A stretch of DNA of 64,000 nucleotides. It comes from Protoeuglena noctilucae (lineage: Eukaryota). Made by a program: the position numbers and the translations under genes. This document shows positions 23,858 through 37,000 of this stretch, one piece after another. The notes beneath the pieces are model-generated. The model saw nothing but the letters and a program-made list of their open reading frames with translations. It had not been told where the DNA came from and did not search any database. The stretch is from NCBI GenBank assembly GCA_958009085.1, contig OY253669.1, positions 1,364,001-1,428,000 of the forward strand. Reading direction: 5' to 3'. The stretch's first letter is position 1; each line of letters starts with the position of its first letter.

Positions 23858-25029
23858 CGTGCCGGGGCGGGGACGGGCGGGTCGCGCCTGCGTCGGTGTC
23901 GCGCGGTAGGGACACCCGTGTGGACGGTTCCCCCTCCAGAAGCACCCCCGTCACGTGGCGGCCGGCGACGTGCTCACCCGCGCCACCTCTGTCGCCCTCC
24001 TCCTCTGCAATCAACCACTGGTGGAACGACGGGGCGCTGCTTCTCGCTCTGCAGGCCCGCGGCCTGTGCGGTTGCTGCCAACGATGCCAACGATGCCCTG
24101 GAGAACGCTCTTCGGTTTTCGCGCCAAAAATTCGCGACCATCCATCGCCAGTTCGCGTTTCACCTCCCTCTTTTTTTCTGACTGGCACCTTTTTTGCCAG
24201 TGCCGCACGCCAGCGGGGCCCAAGCGCGTTTTCAGCTCGTCCACCACCATGAAATCTGCGGCGCGACGCTCCGCGACCTCCCGTTTCTCGGCAAGGCGGT
24301 TTTGCACGCTCGCCGCTCGTGTGACGGGTTGGGGGCGCGAGCGCATGCCGCCTCGAGGCGGAGGCGCTTAAGGGATCTCGTCTGACCCGCGCGGCGGGCG
24401 GAACGGGAGGGCGCCCGGGTGAGCTGCTCGCCGCGCCGATCTCTGGCCCGTCGCGCCAGGGCGATGGCCCGATCCTCATCGCCGCGCCTTTTTGGTGGGA
24501 ATGCGCGCCGGCTTCGGGGATCGACGTGCGAGCTGCCGGCCTCTGCGTGACGCTCACCAGTGGTTCCAACCTGGTCCCCCGGAAGAGGGCGCGAGCGGGG
24601 CTCGGGGGAACGCCGCGAGACCCGTTCGCGACCGTGAACGCGTTCGCGCCCGCGAGCGCGCCGCGCACTGTCCCAATTTCCTGCCAACCGGCCGTCACGC
24701 TGTGCGCCCCTGCTCGCGTCCGCCCCGCGCCCGGCGCGAGCCGTCGGCCCCGAGTGTCGCGGCTCCATTCGATCGGTGCTGTCGAGCCCGAGGTGCCGGT
24801 ACCAGAGACGCAGTCGACAGACCGGGCGGGACTCTCCCCCGCCGTCCCCGCCGGTGTGACACTTTTTTCAAACGGCGCCCGCGCCGGCTCGTCGCCCGCC
24901 GCCCTCGCGTCTCCATCGACTCGTTCCGCGTTGCCGGCGCGATCCCCCGCCCCTCCCCTCCTTCCCGCGGGATCCGCTGCTCCCACGCCGCCCGCAGTGC
25001 CGGAGGCCGCGCTGTCGCCCATCGCCCTC

Positions 25030-28000
25030 ATGTCGGGCCACGAGGGGGCCGCCGACGAGGGCGCCGCGGCGTCCGGGTCCGCTCCCGCCCCCGGCGCGCC
25101 CGCGGAGCTGGACACGGTGCACCGCGTGAAGGTCTACAAGCTGAACCAGGACGGGCACTGGGACGACAAGGGTACGGGCCACGTGGCGATGGAGCGGCTG
25201 GACGGGAGCTGCCCGGGCCTAGTGGTCATCGCGGACGACATGCAGACTTTGCTGATCCACCGCGTGTCGCGGGAAGACATCTACCAGCGCCAGCACGCGT
25301 CCATCATGACCTGGTCGGACCCCTCCATGGGCACCGACATCGCGCTGTCCTTCCAGCAGCCGACGGGGTGCAACGCCATCTGGGCACGCATCGAGGAGGC
25401 CCGCCAGGAACTCACGCGGCGCCCCGCATCCCCGGAGGGCCGCCAGGACGACGTCATGGAGGACGTGCCGTCGCCGCGCCAGTCGGAGCTGCCGCCCATC
25501 GAGCCCGGGACGCTCCCGGACGTCGCCAAGATGCTCGCGGAGGCCTCGGTCTTCCAGCGCGAGCGCATCGCGTCCCAGGTCGTCAAGTGAGCGGCCGGGG
25601 CTCCTGTTGGTGGGCCAGGGCTGGTGGGCGATGGGCGAGGCTCGTCGGGCATGGGGCTGGCCACCTATGGCTCCTTCACCTCAGCACATCGAGAGCCGGT
25701 CCCTTCAAAATTCATGACCGCGCGCGGGCTGTTGCATGCGCCCTGCGACGCTGTCCGACCGTCACGCCATCATCCCTCCCTGGCTGCCGCAGAGAAAACG
25801 CGGTGCGGAAGCTCCTGGACGTTTTCGGGCAGATGGAGGACTTGGAGGACGCCGACTCGCTGCAGGCGTGCTACTGGTGCGGACTGCAACGCAGCAACAC
25901 CCGCTGCCGGCCCGAAGACCTGGCCGCCCCACCGCCACCCCTCTCCGTACATCCCCGCAGGGCCGTGCGCGGTCTCATCATGCTGAACGACTCGCGCGTG
26001 TTCGAGTCCCTCTTCTCGGACCAGAACATCCTCGACGTGATTGGCGCCCTTGAGTATGACCCGGAGCTCCCCACGCGTCAAAACCACCGGGAGTTCCTGC
26101 GCACCCGCGTGGCGTTTAAGGAGGTCGTGCCCATCAAGGACCCCTCCATCACGGCCAAGATTCACTTGTCCTACCGGTGAGCGAAGCTGTGTGCCGGAGT
26201 GTCGGGGTAGGGTAAGGGTCATGGGCCAAGCGTGGTGGGGCGTGGCAAGTCGCAGGATGGGCGCAGGGGTACACGATGCATGATGCCCGCCGATGCGAGC
26301 CTACCCGTGACGTGGCGATCCGCGAGGTTTCGCAGGATTGGGTACATCAAGGATGTCATTCTGGCACGTACCCTGGACGACGCTGTCTTCGCATCTCTCT
26401 CCTCCCTCGTCCTGCTCAACAACATCGAGGTCGTGTCTGCCCTCATGGCGGACGACGCGTTCGTGGCTGAGCTGTTCGACCGGCTGCGGGCCCTGCAGCC
26501 CTCCGAGGGTGGCTGGAGGGACCTGGTGGCGTTCCTGCAGGTGACCGTGAAGGGTGGCAGCAACAGAGCACGGGCCGGGTGGCAGGCGCACCCCCGCTTG
26601 CGCAGTGTGCGGTGTGGTGTGGGTTAGCGACGGCCGCCCCGCCCCGCCCGGCTCGCAGGAGCTCTGTGCGCTGTCCAAGCACCTCCAGGTGCCCGCGCGG
26701 GAGGGCGTCATGTCCAAGCTGCAAGGCATGGGGTTGTTCGAGGTGCTGTCGTCCGTCATGCAGCACGGGGAGCCAGAGCTGAAGCTCCGTGCCACCGACA
26801 TCCTCATGTCTGTTGTCGACCAAGACGCTGCGCCTCTGAGGGCCTTCATAGTACAGGTGTGAGGCCCCGAGGACGCGCTGGGTGCTCGCGCAGCCTGCGT
26901 GGTGGGCTGTGACGCGGGCCGTGGCCATTCTAGCGGCATGCACATGAGCGGCCTGCCCACTACTTCGCCCTTGCGTCCCGCACTGATTACGTGTCAAAAC
27001 ACCCAAGTCTCTCCTTCTCTGTCTCCCAGTCTGACGCGGGTAAGGACCTCCTGGCGGCGCTGGTGGCCGTGCTGCAGCAGGAGGACCCGGCAGAGGTGGG
27101 GCTCCAGGAACAGACGTCGGAGCTCCTTCGGTCCATCCTGGACGTGGGGGCGCTGCCGCCCCTGACTGCGACGGACGAGGAGCGCACCAACTCCGAGGTG
27201 GTCGCCCAGGTGGGTGGACTTCGCGCATGCTGCTGGCAGTGGTGCACGGGAGCGGGGAGGCATGAGACATGACAAGGAGTCGCGCACCCCCCCGCCAGCG
27301 ACACGTCACTCGCCGTGCCCCCCCCCCGCTGCCCCCGCAGGCCTTCCTGCACCTGTTCTACGAGCGCCACGCCCGCACTCTGGCGGAGATGCTGGAGCAG
27401 GACCCCAAGGGACAGTGGGCCGTGCCCCCCGGGACCGTGTGCCTCATCCTGGAGCTCTTCTGCTTCTGCCTGCAGCACCACGGGTGAGCAGCCAGCAGCC
27501 AACAGCGAGCAGCGGTGCGCCACCGTTACGCTATCGCTGCCACGCCGGATGTGCTTGGCATGACTGACCGCGAGTAAGAGTGGCGCGCGTGTGACACAGT
27601 ATGTAAACACTTGACCAGCATGTCCCTCTCCGCAGTATGAGCTCCAAGTACTTTGCGATGAGCACATCCCTGGTCAAGAAGGCCCTGCGTCTGGTGCACG
27701 CCCGGCAGCAGTGGGTCGCGGCCGCGGCCGTGCGCTTCGTCCGCGTCCTCGTCGGCATCCAGGACCCCTTCTTCCCCAAGCACCTCGTCTCCGCGGACTT
27801 CCTCTCGCCCCTCGCGGACGTCCTCCTTTCCCTCGGCGATCGCTACAACCTCCTCTCCTCCTCCATCCTCGACGTCTTCGAGTTTCTGGCACGGGACAGC
27901 CCCGGGCACGAGGTGCTAGACTATGTCGCCAGCACTTGCCTGCCGCGGCTGGAGAAGGAGGTCACCTACTGCGGCACCTTCCGGGCGCTGCGGGCGGCCG

Positions 28001-29091
28001 TGAACGGGCAGCCGGTGGGGGGCGCGGGGGGGCTGGGGTGCGCGGGGTTGGGGGCGGGGGCGGGGATGGAGGGTTCGGAGACGCGGGCTGCCCCGGCGGC
28101 ACCCGCCACGGGGAGCATGCGTGGGGAGGGGCGGGGCGTGGTGCGGGAGGCCGTGCTGCGGGAGGCGCGGGGTCTCGACCGGGACGAGGAGGCGTGGTTC
28201 AGTTCGGAGGACGAGCCGGACGAGGCGCCGGGTGCGGACGCGCGTGCAGGGTCGCTGGGGAGCGGGCGCGGGGGGGGTGGGGGCCTGGCGCTGGGGTGGC
28301 GAGAGGTGGGGCCTCGCTCCACAGAAGAGGGGCGGGGGTTGGGGGGCGGCTGGCGGGTTGCGGGGCCGAGCGGGCGTGGGACCGGGGATGGCGAGGGCGG
28401 GGGCGGGCGGGGCTCTTGGGCAGGTGGGGTGGCGACGGGGCACCCCGTGGAGTCGGGAGGTGGGGATGCCGGCGCGGTCACTGGGGACCCGTTGCAGTCC
28501 CCCGTCCCTGCGGTGGCATTCCCGCTGGTGAGTTACGATGACGACGATGAGGAGGAAGGGGTGGAGAAGGGGAGGGAGGGGCAGAAGGACGCGGGAGCGG
28601 GTGCGGCGTCGGGGGCTGGGGCGGGGACGAGCGGGGGCGAGGGCGAGGCCGACGGGGAGGGGCGGCTGTGGGGGGTGCGGCGCGTGGCGGCGATGGGGTC
28701 TGGCGGGCCGGGTCTGTGGCACCGGGACAGCCCGAGGGTGGATGGCGGGGCAGGGTCGGATGCGGGGAGCGGGGGACCACGGAAGCGACCGTGGGATGCA
28801 GGGGAAGGTGAGACGCGAGGCATGGGTAGAGTGCGTGCTGTGTCGGGGGGCACAGTGAGGTGTAATGTAATGCACGTGGTGTGGTAGGAAGCGGGAAGAC
28901 TTGCCGCACCCCCAGGTCCCTTTGGGGAAGAGGAGCGCGACGCCTGGGGTGGCAGGCAGGCCCAGGAAGGGCAGGGGGCGTTCATTGGGCCGATGCCCAG
29001 GGGTTCGGGCGGTGGGGCAGAGGTGTCTGTGGGGTCACGGGGGGATCTGGAGGAGAAGCGCGCACGGGTGGGGAGCGGGCACGTGGGCTGA
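25030..29091 (+). CDS. PP4R3: Protein phosphatase 4 regulatory subunit 3 (SMEK/PSY2L)
   Basis: EVH1 HRVKVYKLNQDGHWDDKGTGHV, DIALSFQ, GALEYDP, HREFL, FKEVVPI, KIHLSYRIGYIKDVILAR, YNLLSSSILDVFEF; Gly-rich tail; last exon (28916-29091) inferred. Confidence 0.92.
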
Positions 29092-29183
29092 CGGCGACGC
29101 GCTAGCGATTGCCACGCCGCAGCTGCCGCTTGCGACTGGCCGGCCCGGCGGGTGCGTTCTCTCTGCTGGCGGGCATGCCGACG

Positions 29184-30103
29184 TTACCACAGGGTGCCGC
29201 TTGCTGGGAGAGGCGTGGGGCACAGCTGCATACCAACCAGCGCCTTTTGTCGCATTGAGTCGTTGAAGGACATTCCTTTCTAAGCGCCAGCTGACCACAG
29301 TCGACCACACTTGATCACCCCGCTTTCTCTTGCACTGCCTCTCCCTCCTACCGCCACTCCTCACCCTGCGCGAATCGCGCCACGTGGGTTTATTCGTTGT
29401 GCCCGCCCCGTAACCCGGCCGCTCCCCAGCACTTCTTGTCACAGTCAATCCCAGCGTCAGCATCAGCACACCACGCAGGAGCGTGCGACTCGCCTCAAAG
29501 CGATCATCGCTGACGCCGCCTCCCCTCTCCGCGTCCCTCCCATCAAAGCTGTCTTCCCCATCCGCCCAGAGCGGGGTGCCATTCGCTTGCTGCGGAGCGG
29601 CGGAGGTCGCGTGCGAGCCTGACGCCGAGGCCACCCCGGCCATGACCGCCCTGTCGGAGGCCGTGCGCATGGGCCTGCCAGCGGTGGTGATCCCGGTGGC
29701 CACCATTGCGGCACCAGCGCAGACCGCCACCACCCCTCCCCATCGAGCGCGCAACCTCCGAGCCAGCAGGACCCAGGGCTCCTCGCTGCCGGCCACGAAT
29801 GAGCGCTTGATCTCCTCCTGCACGAGATGAAATAGGAGTCGCATCGCACTTGATGCAAAGATCGACTGCATCGTAGTTGATTGTTGCGTGGTGGTTGGAG
29901 GGAGTCGCCCAGCTCACCTCGGTCCACGGATTCAGAGAAGGGAAGTCGGTGCCAGAAGGCTGAAGAGGCACGGAGATGGTCGATGTCTCGGCAGTCGGCC
30001 TTCCCCGCGCCCCAGCGGTGCAGGGGCGCAGACGATGGCGAGCGAGTGCGCAGTGCGCAGAGCGCCACGGCGCAGCAGGAAGAGGAGACGTGATGCTGGA
30101 CAT
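29184..30103 (-). CDS. Hypothetical protein with transit-peptide-like N-terminus and two hydrophobic segments (3' end uncertain)
   Basis: MSSITSPLPAAPWRSAHCALARHRLR..NPWTE|GTGAGC joins in phase 0 to cag|EEIKRSFVAGSEEPW..GGVVAVCAGAAMVATG..GVLMLTLGLTV; no family recognised. Confidence 0.5.
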
Positions 30104-30538
30104 TGTATTGTTGCGATCGTACAGTTTTTAGGGTCGACAGGCACCCTCCAGAGCTCAGTGGAGGCCACAAGGGTCGCAACGCTGGGGCAACAGCTGCAGC
30201 AGGACAATCGAAAACGCAGCGTCCGCCCGATCCGCGAAGACCACGAGCGCGTTGTGCGTGCGACAAAGGACCTATGACTGTTCAGCTTTGATGGAAATGA
30301 GCCAAGATCGTCCATCCATGCACGCCAGTCCAGACGCGCCAGTTGATCATCTCCCTTTGCCCTCGACGCGTTTCGCTAATGCCGCAGTTCGATGCCTTGA
30401 CCGTCGCAGTGCAATCTCTCGGCCGTGAGTTGCGATCTGTCCCAGCCACCGTCCACTTCAAGCCCTTGCACTGCTTTGCCCGCTTGCCCTCCGATCCGTC
30501 GACCATCTCCTGACTCGTGTCGAACCTCCGGCTCGGTG

Positions 30539-31585
30539 ATGAGGCTAGTGGGACTTAGCGGAGGCATCGGGACGGGCAAATCAACGGCGACGCAGGTCCT
30601 GAGAGCCGAGGGGATCCCCGTCGTGGACTGCGATGCCATTGCCCGGAACTCCGCCCGAAAGGGGAACTGGGTACGTCGCTGGTTTGGACACACTGCGCCT
30701 TCCTGTATTGCCTCTTTGTCGGCCCCCTACCTACAAGCCCGCCTTCGCTGCGCCCCAGGGCTACAAGCGCATCGTGGCGGCCTACGGGGACGCCATCCTT
30801 CGCGAGGACGGGGAGATAGACCGGGCAAAACTCGGCGCAGTGGTGTTCAAGGACCCCACAGCGCGGAAGAAGCTCAACCAAGCCGCGCATCCGCCGGTGC
30901 TGGGTACGCACTCATGCCCTACATCCGCACGCTGCCGATGAAGACGCGCTCGCTGCCGACGCCGCTCCCGCTCACGCCCGCAGTCCAGGTATGGCTGCGC
31001 ATCCTCGGCTACTGGCTCAGCCTGACGCGGGTGGTGGTGGTGGACATGCCGCTGCTCTTCGAAACCGGGTCGGACCGCTACATGCACGAGAACGTCCTCG
31101 TCCACTGCCCTGAGGTGCGTGGGGGGCCCGCAGATTGTGCTGACTCGTGGTTTCCGTGGCTGGGAACGCCTTCCCATCGCACCGGCCGTCCCCGCAGCAC
31201 GTTCAAGTGGCGCGCGTCGTCGCACGTGACGGTCTGTCCGAGGCAGATGCCCTGTCTCGCATCCGGGCTCAGATGCCGCTAGAGGCCAAGCTCGGGAGGG
31301 CCACGCGCGACGTCGAGAACGCCGGTGCGGCGCTGGGTGGCAGGTGCCCGCGCACACTGCCGATGCATGGGATTCAATTGCGAGCGGCTCTGCTCTATTG
31401 CCAGTGCAGGCACGAAGGAGGAGTTTGAGGCGCGCGTGCGGGACCTGGCGAGGGAACTCCGCGGCAGAGAGTCCTGGGGATGGACGCTGCTGTGGTCACC
31501 GTACGTGCTGCTTGCCATGGCGCTCCGACTGGGGGACCTCAGGCGGGGGTTCGCTTGGCTCGCACAAACGCTGCGCGTTCGATAG
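30539..31585 (+). CDS. coaE: Dephospho-CoA kinase
   Basis: MRLVGLSGGIGTGKST, VVDCDAIAR, DGEIDRAKLGAVVF, VVDMPLLFE, RIRAQMPL; C-terminal hydrophobic tail; 4 introns. Confidence 0.93.
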
Positions 31586-31820
31586 CTGGGCGTTCTAGCG
31601 GCGGGGAGTGTCGAGATGCTCGCATTTTTGGTTCACACATCCGTCAAGCCAGGTCATCCAAGCCAGCCTACCCGCCAGCACGAGGGCCAGGCCCAACAGT
31701 CGAGGTGGCGGTTGCCCAAGGGCGGCACGTCGCACTGAGACTCGTAGTCGATTAGCTAAGCCAGGCCAGTCTAACTGCACAGCTCTCGCGCCCGCTGCCC
31801 CCAAGCCAATCGTGCTGTGG

Positions 31821-33381
31821 TCATGCCAGCGTCTTGGTCTTTGTGACGATGGCCACGCGCACGCACTGGTCGAAAGACGTCGTGACGCACAGGCCCTCCT
31901 TGTCCGGCGACCAGTCCAGCGACCCCAGCGGCTGGGTTGACAGGTTCTTGCTGTTGACGAGCTGCAGGTGCCGCGGCGACACGAACGTCATGCGTCACGA
32001 AGCCGCCTCGCCTTGCGTGTAACTCGCATCGCCATGCGGCCCCACATACCTCGAGCGTCCCTGCCACCCCCATGTCCACCCCGTCCGGGTCCTTGACCTT
32101 CCTCTGGTCGGGGTAGCGGTACCGATACACGTACAGCGTGCCGTCCCCGCCCTGCACCCCGACCACCTCGCGGTTCTGTGGCTGCGCGTTTGGAGAGGAC
32201 GGCCGGCGTGAGCTTGGGCAAACGCGGCGGCCGGGAGCTGGCCATGCTACTGCATAGTGCAAGGCACGAGCTGCTGCACGCGCACGCACCAGGGTCCGTG
32301 AGCCCCAGACCGTCGGCCCCTTGTCGATCTGCGCGGTCGTGCTCGCGAAGCCCTTGCTCGGATGCAGCGTGCGCGCGTCGAAGCAGTGGAGCTTGGCCTC
32401 CAAGCAGCACACCATGAACTTGTTCATCGGGATGTCCCGCCGGTCGAACTCCACCCCGCAGACCCCGTTCTTGACGTTCGTCTCCCACCGCAGCTTGTTC
32501 ATCTTGAGGTCGAACAGCTTGACGTCGCCGTTGTCGTAGCCCGCGAGCAGCGACCGCTCGGTGTCGTTGTAGCTGTCCCCCAGCGCCACGCACCACGCGT
32601 CCCGCACCTGCTGCCCCTGCGTCGGCTCGAAGGCCGCCACGGGCGCGTCCGCCTGGCGCACGTCCCACACACGCACGCACCCGTCGCGCCCGCACGTGGC
32701 CAGCTCCGGAGGGCCGATGCCCTTTGCCTGGCCCCCGCAGCCATCCACCTGTAGGGATCGGAAACAGGCTGACAGTGACAGGCTCGGCACGCCGCGCCAC
32801 CTCTGTGCGACGGGAGGCCTGCTGCTGTCTCCTGGCCCACTCGCCTGGTTGATGATGGAGGCGTGTGCTTGTGACTGGAACACGGGCTCCGCCAGCCGCT
32901 CCAGGTCCCAAATGCACAGCTTCCCGCCAAAGTCACCCGTCGCCAACCTCCGCTCCAACAGACCCGACGCCCTGCAGTCGCAGCAGCCTCTGGCATCGCG
33001 GTGGCAGGGGCAGGAGGCTGCTGGCGGGGAGCAGGTCGCAGCTCCGGCTCACCCAAAGGTCCCACACTTGAATGCGCTGGGCTTGGTGGCCTGCGCCTCC
33101 AGTTCCAAGTCCGGCCCGTTCACCTTGTACACGTGCAGCGCCCCTGTCATTTTGGGGTGGGAGCCCTGCGGCGGAAGGCGTCGGGACAAGCGTCGCAGCC
33201 CCAGCGAAGGCGGAAGAGGGCATCCACGGACGTCCCTGGCAGCAGGCCTCGTGTACGCAACGCGATGTACCAGCATGACGAAGCGCGCGGACGAAGGGAT
33301 CCATTTCGCGTCGTATGGAGTCAGGTTCAGGTTGAGGCACTTGTGCTCGAGGATCTGGGGGGCATTCTTCAGCTCCAACAT
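31821..33381 (-). CDS. WDR92: WD repeat protein 92 (dynein axonemal assembly factor 10)
   Basis: [97 protein letters not shown]. Confidence 0.95.
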
Positions 33382-34045
33382 CGTGACGCCCTGTGTAAAA
33401 CAAGAGATTCACGCAGAGAGGATGAGAGCTGCCGGCGGACACTCGTCGCGGCGCACGTCACGAGGATGCAACACCGCATCAAAAAAGCCCGGCAAGAGGC
33501 GAAAATCCATCCGCGCGCGTAGGACAGGAGCGAGAGGTTGGAGCCAGGCATCGCTGGGCGAGCGGAGCCAGTCGTATGCTCACCCCGCTCGAAGAGTCCT
33601 TTTCGGACGTGCACCGACAGGTGGGGCCCAAGCCGGCGTGCACGCAGCGAGAGGGCCACGGAGAGCTGCTGGTCGATTGCTTCGTGCCGACAGCGCTGGG
33701 AAGACGATAGAGAGGCTTGATTGCGTGCGACGACGCGAAGAGCCAGAGTTTCAAGCGCCAGTGCTCACGTCAGGGAGCCTGGGTGACCTTTGCGACCTGC
33801 GAGGTTCACATTTTTTGCTGCTCTGCTCGATCGGCGCGAAGGCGGGGGTCGCGGTGGCATTTGTGTGCCACGCAGGCAATCGTCGCCTGCTCTCGCAAGC
33901 ACGGGGCCAGGACTAGCTGATTCATCGCATAGGACGCGCAGCTGGATCGCCGGGCGTCGGCTTGGCTGCAGTGGCGCGGGTCGGGACGCACCCGACCCCC
34001 GCTCCTGGCGCGCACGAGCGCCCCGAACGTGTCGGACGCTCGAGG

Positions 34046-37000
34046 ATGGTGGGGGGTGCCGGCTCCGGGGGCGCAGGCGTTCTACGCCAGGTCCGTGAAC
34101 GCAGTCTGGGCGCATCAACGCTGGTTGTGCGTGCCCCTTGCCTGCGCGGAATTGATGGGATTTGGCGGCCGCGGTGCTCCTCGTCGGGTCATGTTGTGTC
34201 TGGTGCCTGCCAATGCCGGCCTTCCTCGTGTGGCGTGCGGCCGCGCGACCAGGGGCGAGACGTCCAAGTTTGCGTGCAGCTCCCACCTCTCCCGCCCAGC
34301 CCTTGCCCTCGAGCGCAGGGCCCCGTTCTCCGCGGAAGCAGCTTGATCTCCAGCGTGTTCAAGCACCGTCTGGCGGCCGTCATGACCATCGAGATTATCA
34401 CTTTTAAGACCCAGACGGGCGACGGGAAGTACACGGGCAGCAAGGCGAGGAAGCGGCGCCGGGATGCCGTATCCGCTTGTGACTTGTGCGAGGAAGTCAA
34501 AGCGTCAGCGGTTGCCCTCCGATGCGCTCCTCGGCTGCGCACGAGGGAGGGGACGTGGGATGACGTAACCCTCGCTGACCCGCAGCGGTGGCCGTTTTCC
34601 GAGGGGTGTTCTCTGACCGATCCCGAGTACAAGGAGTGTATGGTGCGATCGCGGACTGGCGGCCTCTTCTCGTCCAACTACGACCGCACGCACCTCCACG
34701 TCTTCAGCGTCTCCTGGTGCGTGCCTGCGCCTGGCCCTGCTGCTCTGGATCCGCCTCCGGTTTCTCACGATGTGACGTTGAGCTTGCCGCAGGCCCTTCC
34801 TGGCCCTGTCGGGGCCCGTGAGCCTCATCTTGGGCTTTGAGAGCGAGGACGACGCCCGCGCGTGGCACGGGTGCATCAGCCGCGTCATCACGGGCATGAA
34901 AGTGCGGCACAAGGACGGCCACGAGGGGAGCAGGCTGGCGTGGCTTACGCGCCGGGTGAGGGCGCGGCAGCAGGGGGCCGACGCCTGCGTGATTTGTAAG
35001 GTCGACGCCCTGCAAACCACGCGCTCCCTCGTCTGCCACGCAGCACCGCCACACGCCCTCGACGGCCACCACGTTCGACGTGGCGGCGGATACGATGCTG
35101 CTGTCGCAGATGCCGGGGGGCACCCCCAGCCGGGCCGGCCACGCCCGCAAGCACAGCACGGGGGCCCCCGCCAGCATCAACTCCGACACGGAGCTGTCAG
35201 ACGGTGCGTCAGAGCCGGGAGAACGCGCAGCAAGCGGCGCTTGAGCGAGCACCTTTTGCTCCCCCTCTGAGGGCGTGGCGAGGCTGATGTGGTGGCAAGC
35301 CGGGCTGGTTCTGCCGGGCCCCGTCAATGCGTGGCAAGGGTCTCTTGTTTCCACCCGCCGCTGCACTCATATCCTTTTCCGCAGACGGTGACGGCGAGAT
35401 GTCCGGGGAGGGCGCGGGGCTGGTGGAGGGCACGATGATGTCGCACATCAAGTGGGCGACGGTGCGGCGGGTGCAGGGACTGGCCATCTTCCGCGAGGAG
35501 TCGCGGGGCGTGGCCGGCGCGGCGCACATGGCCAGCGTCGTGGTCCGGGCGGAGCCTGAGGAGGTCTTCAAGGCGCTCATGCGGACGTGGCAGGGGCCGC
35601 TGCCCCACCTGGTGAGCCGTGCTGTGCCGGGGCATTGGCCAGAGCGGCGGGAGCACGTAGGGGTTGAGAGGCAGACCCCGATAGCATGACGTGCGGGTTC
35701 TCATCTCGTTGGACGTCGTGATGTGCAATGCTCACTCGTCTGCCCACCGTCCTCCGCCCGTGCTCCCCCGCAGGCATTGACGCACCTTCAGATCGTGGGC
35801 AGCGTGGACGCCCAGTCGCACCTGCTGACGGGGGACCTCCCCACGCCCAGCAGCTGGGCGGCGTCGCTGGTACGGACGCGGCGGGTGCACGTGCAGCGCA
35901 GCTGGCGCCAGGAGATCGACGGCACGTACGTGGTCATGTTCTCGAGCGTCTCCGGCCACCGCGGTGGCGGCGGGGAGGTGGAGGTGCCGTACTACGCGTG
36001 CGGATACACGGTGGCGCCCGTGCGGGAGCGGTGCCTCAAGAAGGGGCACATCAGGCGAGTGGCGCTGGGCATGCTAGCTGATGGAGGGCACATCAGGCGA
36101 GTGGGACTGGCTGGGCGCGTACAATGGGTGTCTTGCCGACGATGCGGCGTGCACCTTGTGCCAGCCAGGGCCGTTGCATGTGGCATGCGACCCTTGCACC
36201 CCGTACCCCGCATCTCGGTAGCCGCCCCAACATCGCTCCTCGCTCCTTGCTCGCAGTGAGGAGTGCCAGGTCACAATGGTCATGAAGGTCGACCCCGGCG
36301 GGTTCCTCTCGTCCTCATCCGTCCTGGCATGCGTGGCGCCCTTTGTCATTCGGTCCATGGAGCAGGGGTACATCGAGCCGTCCATGCTGACCCTCTACGT
36401 GCTCAGGCGAGGCGACAGATGTTGCCCATGTTTTATTGTAGATATACATGCACAGGTGTTACTGCAAAGGGCCCTTGGTAGCAGCTTCATCTTGCAACCG
36501 CCCGCGCCCTGTCCCATCACCACCACTGCTCCCCTGTAGCCACCCGCCCGTGCCCTGTCATCACCCACACCAGACACCTGCCCCACACCTACCATCCCAA
36601 CCCCGCGGCCACCCACCACCTCCTCTCTCCTCTCTTAACCCCCAGGGACCTGGTGGAGCAGGACCGCTTCGTCATCCGCCCCTTCCGCACCGACTACGCC
36701 ACCCGGGACGGCCAGGCATCCGAGAACGGCGCGGTCGTGGGCATGGACTTTGCGGACCACGTGTCGGAGATGGCCAGGGGAGAGGCGCTGGTTAAGGTGA
36801 GAGATTGGCTTACCTTAGTAGCAGCATTGACAGGAAATGGTGGGTGTGTCGGAGATGGCCAGGGGGAAGGCACCCGTTAAGGTGCGAGCTGTGGCAACAG
36901 CAGTGGCAGTGTGCTGTCATGCACACAGAGACAGGCTACGTGCGTCAGTCCGTCACCAGTCCAGATCCTCACCCCTTACCCCTCATCTCTGTAGTAAATC

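Noticed and set aside
24011..24346. 111-aa ORF upstream of the RING-H2 gene
   Set aside because: Could be promoter, 5' UTR or an extra exon; no independent support as a gene
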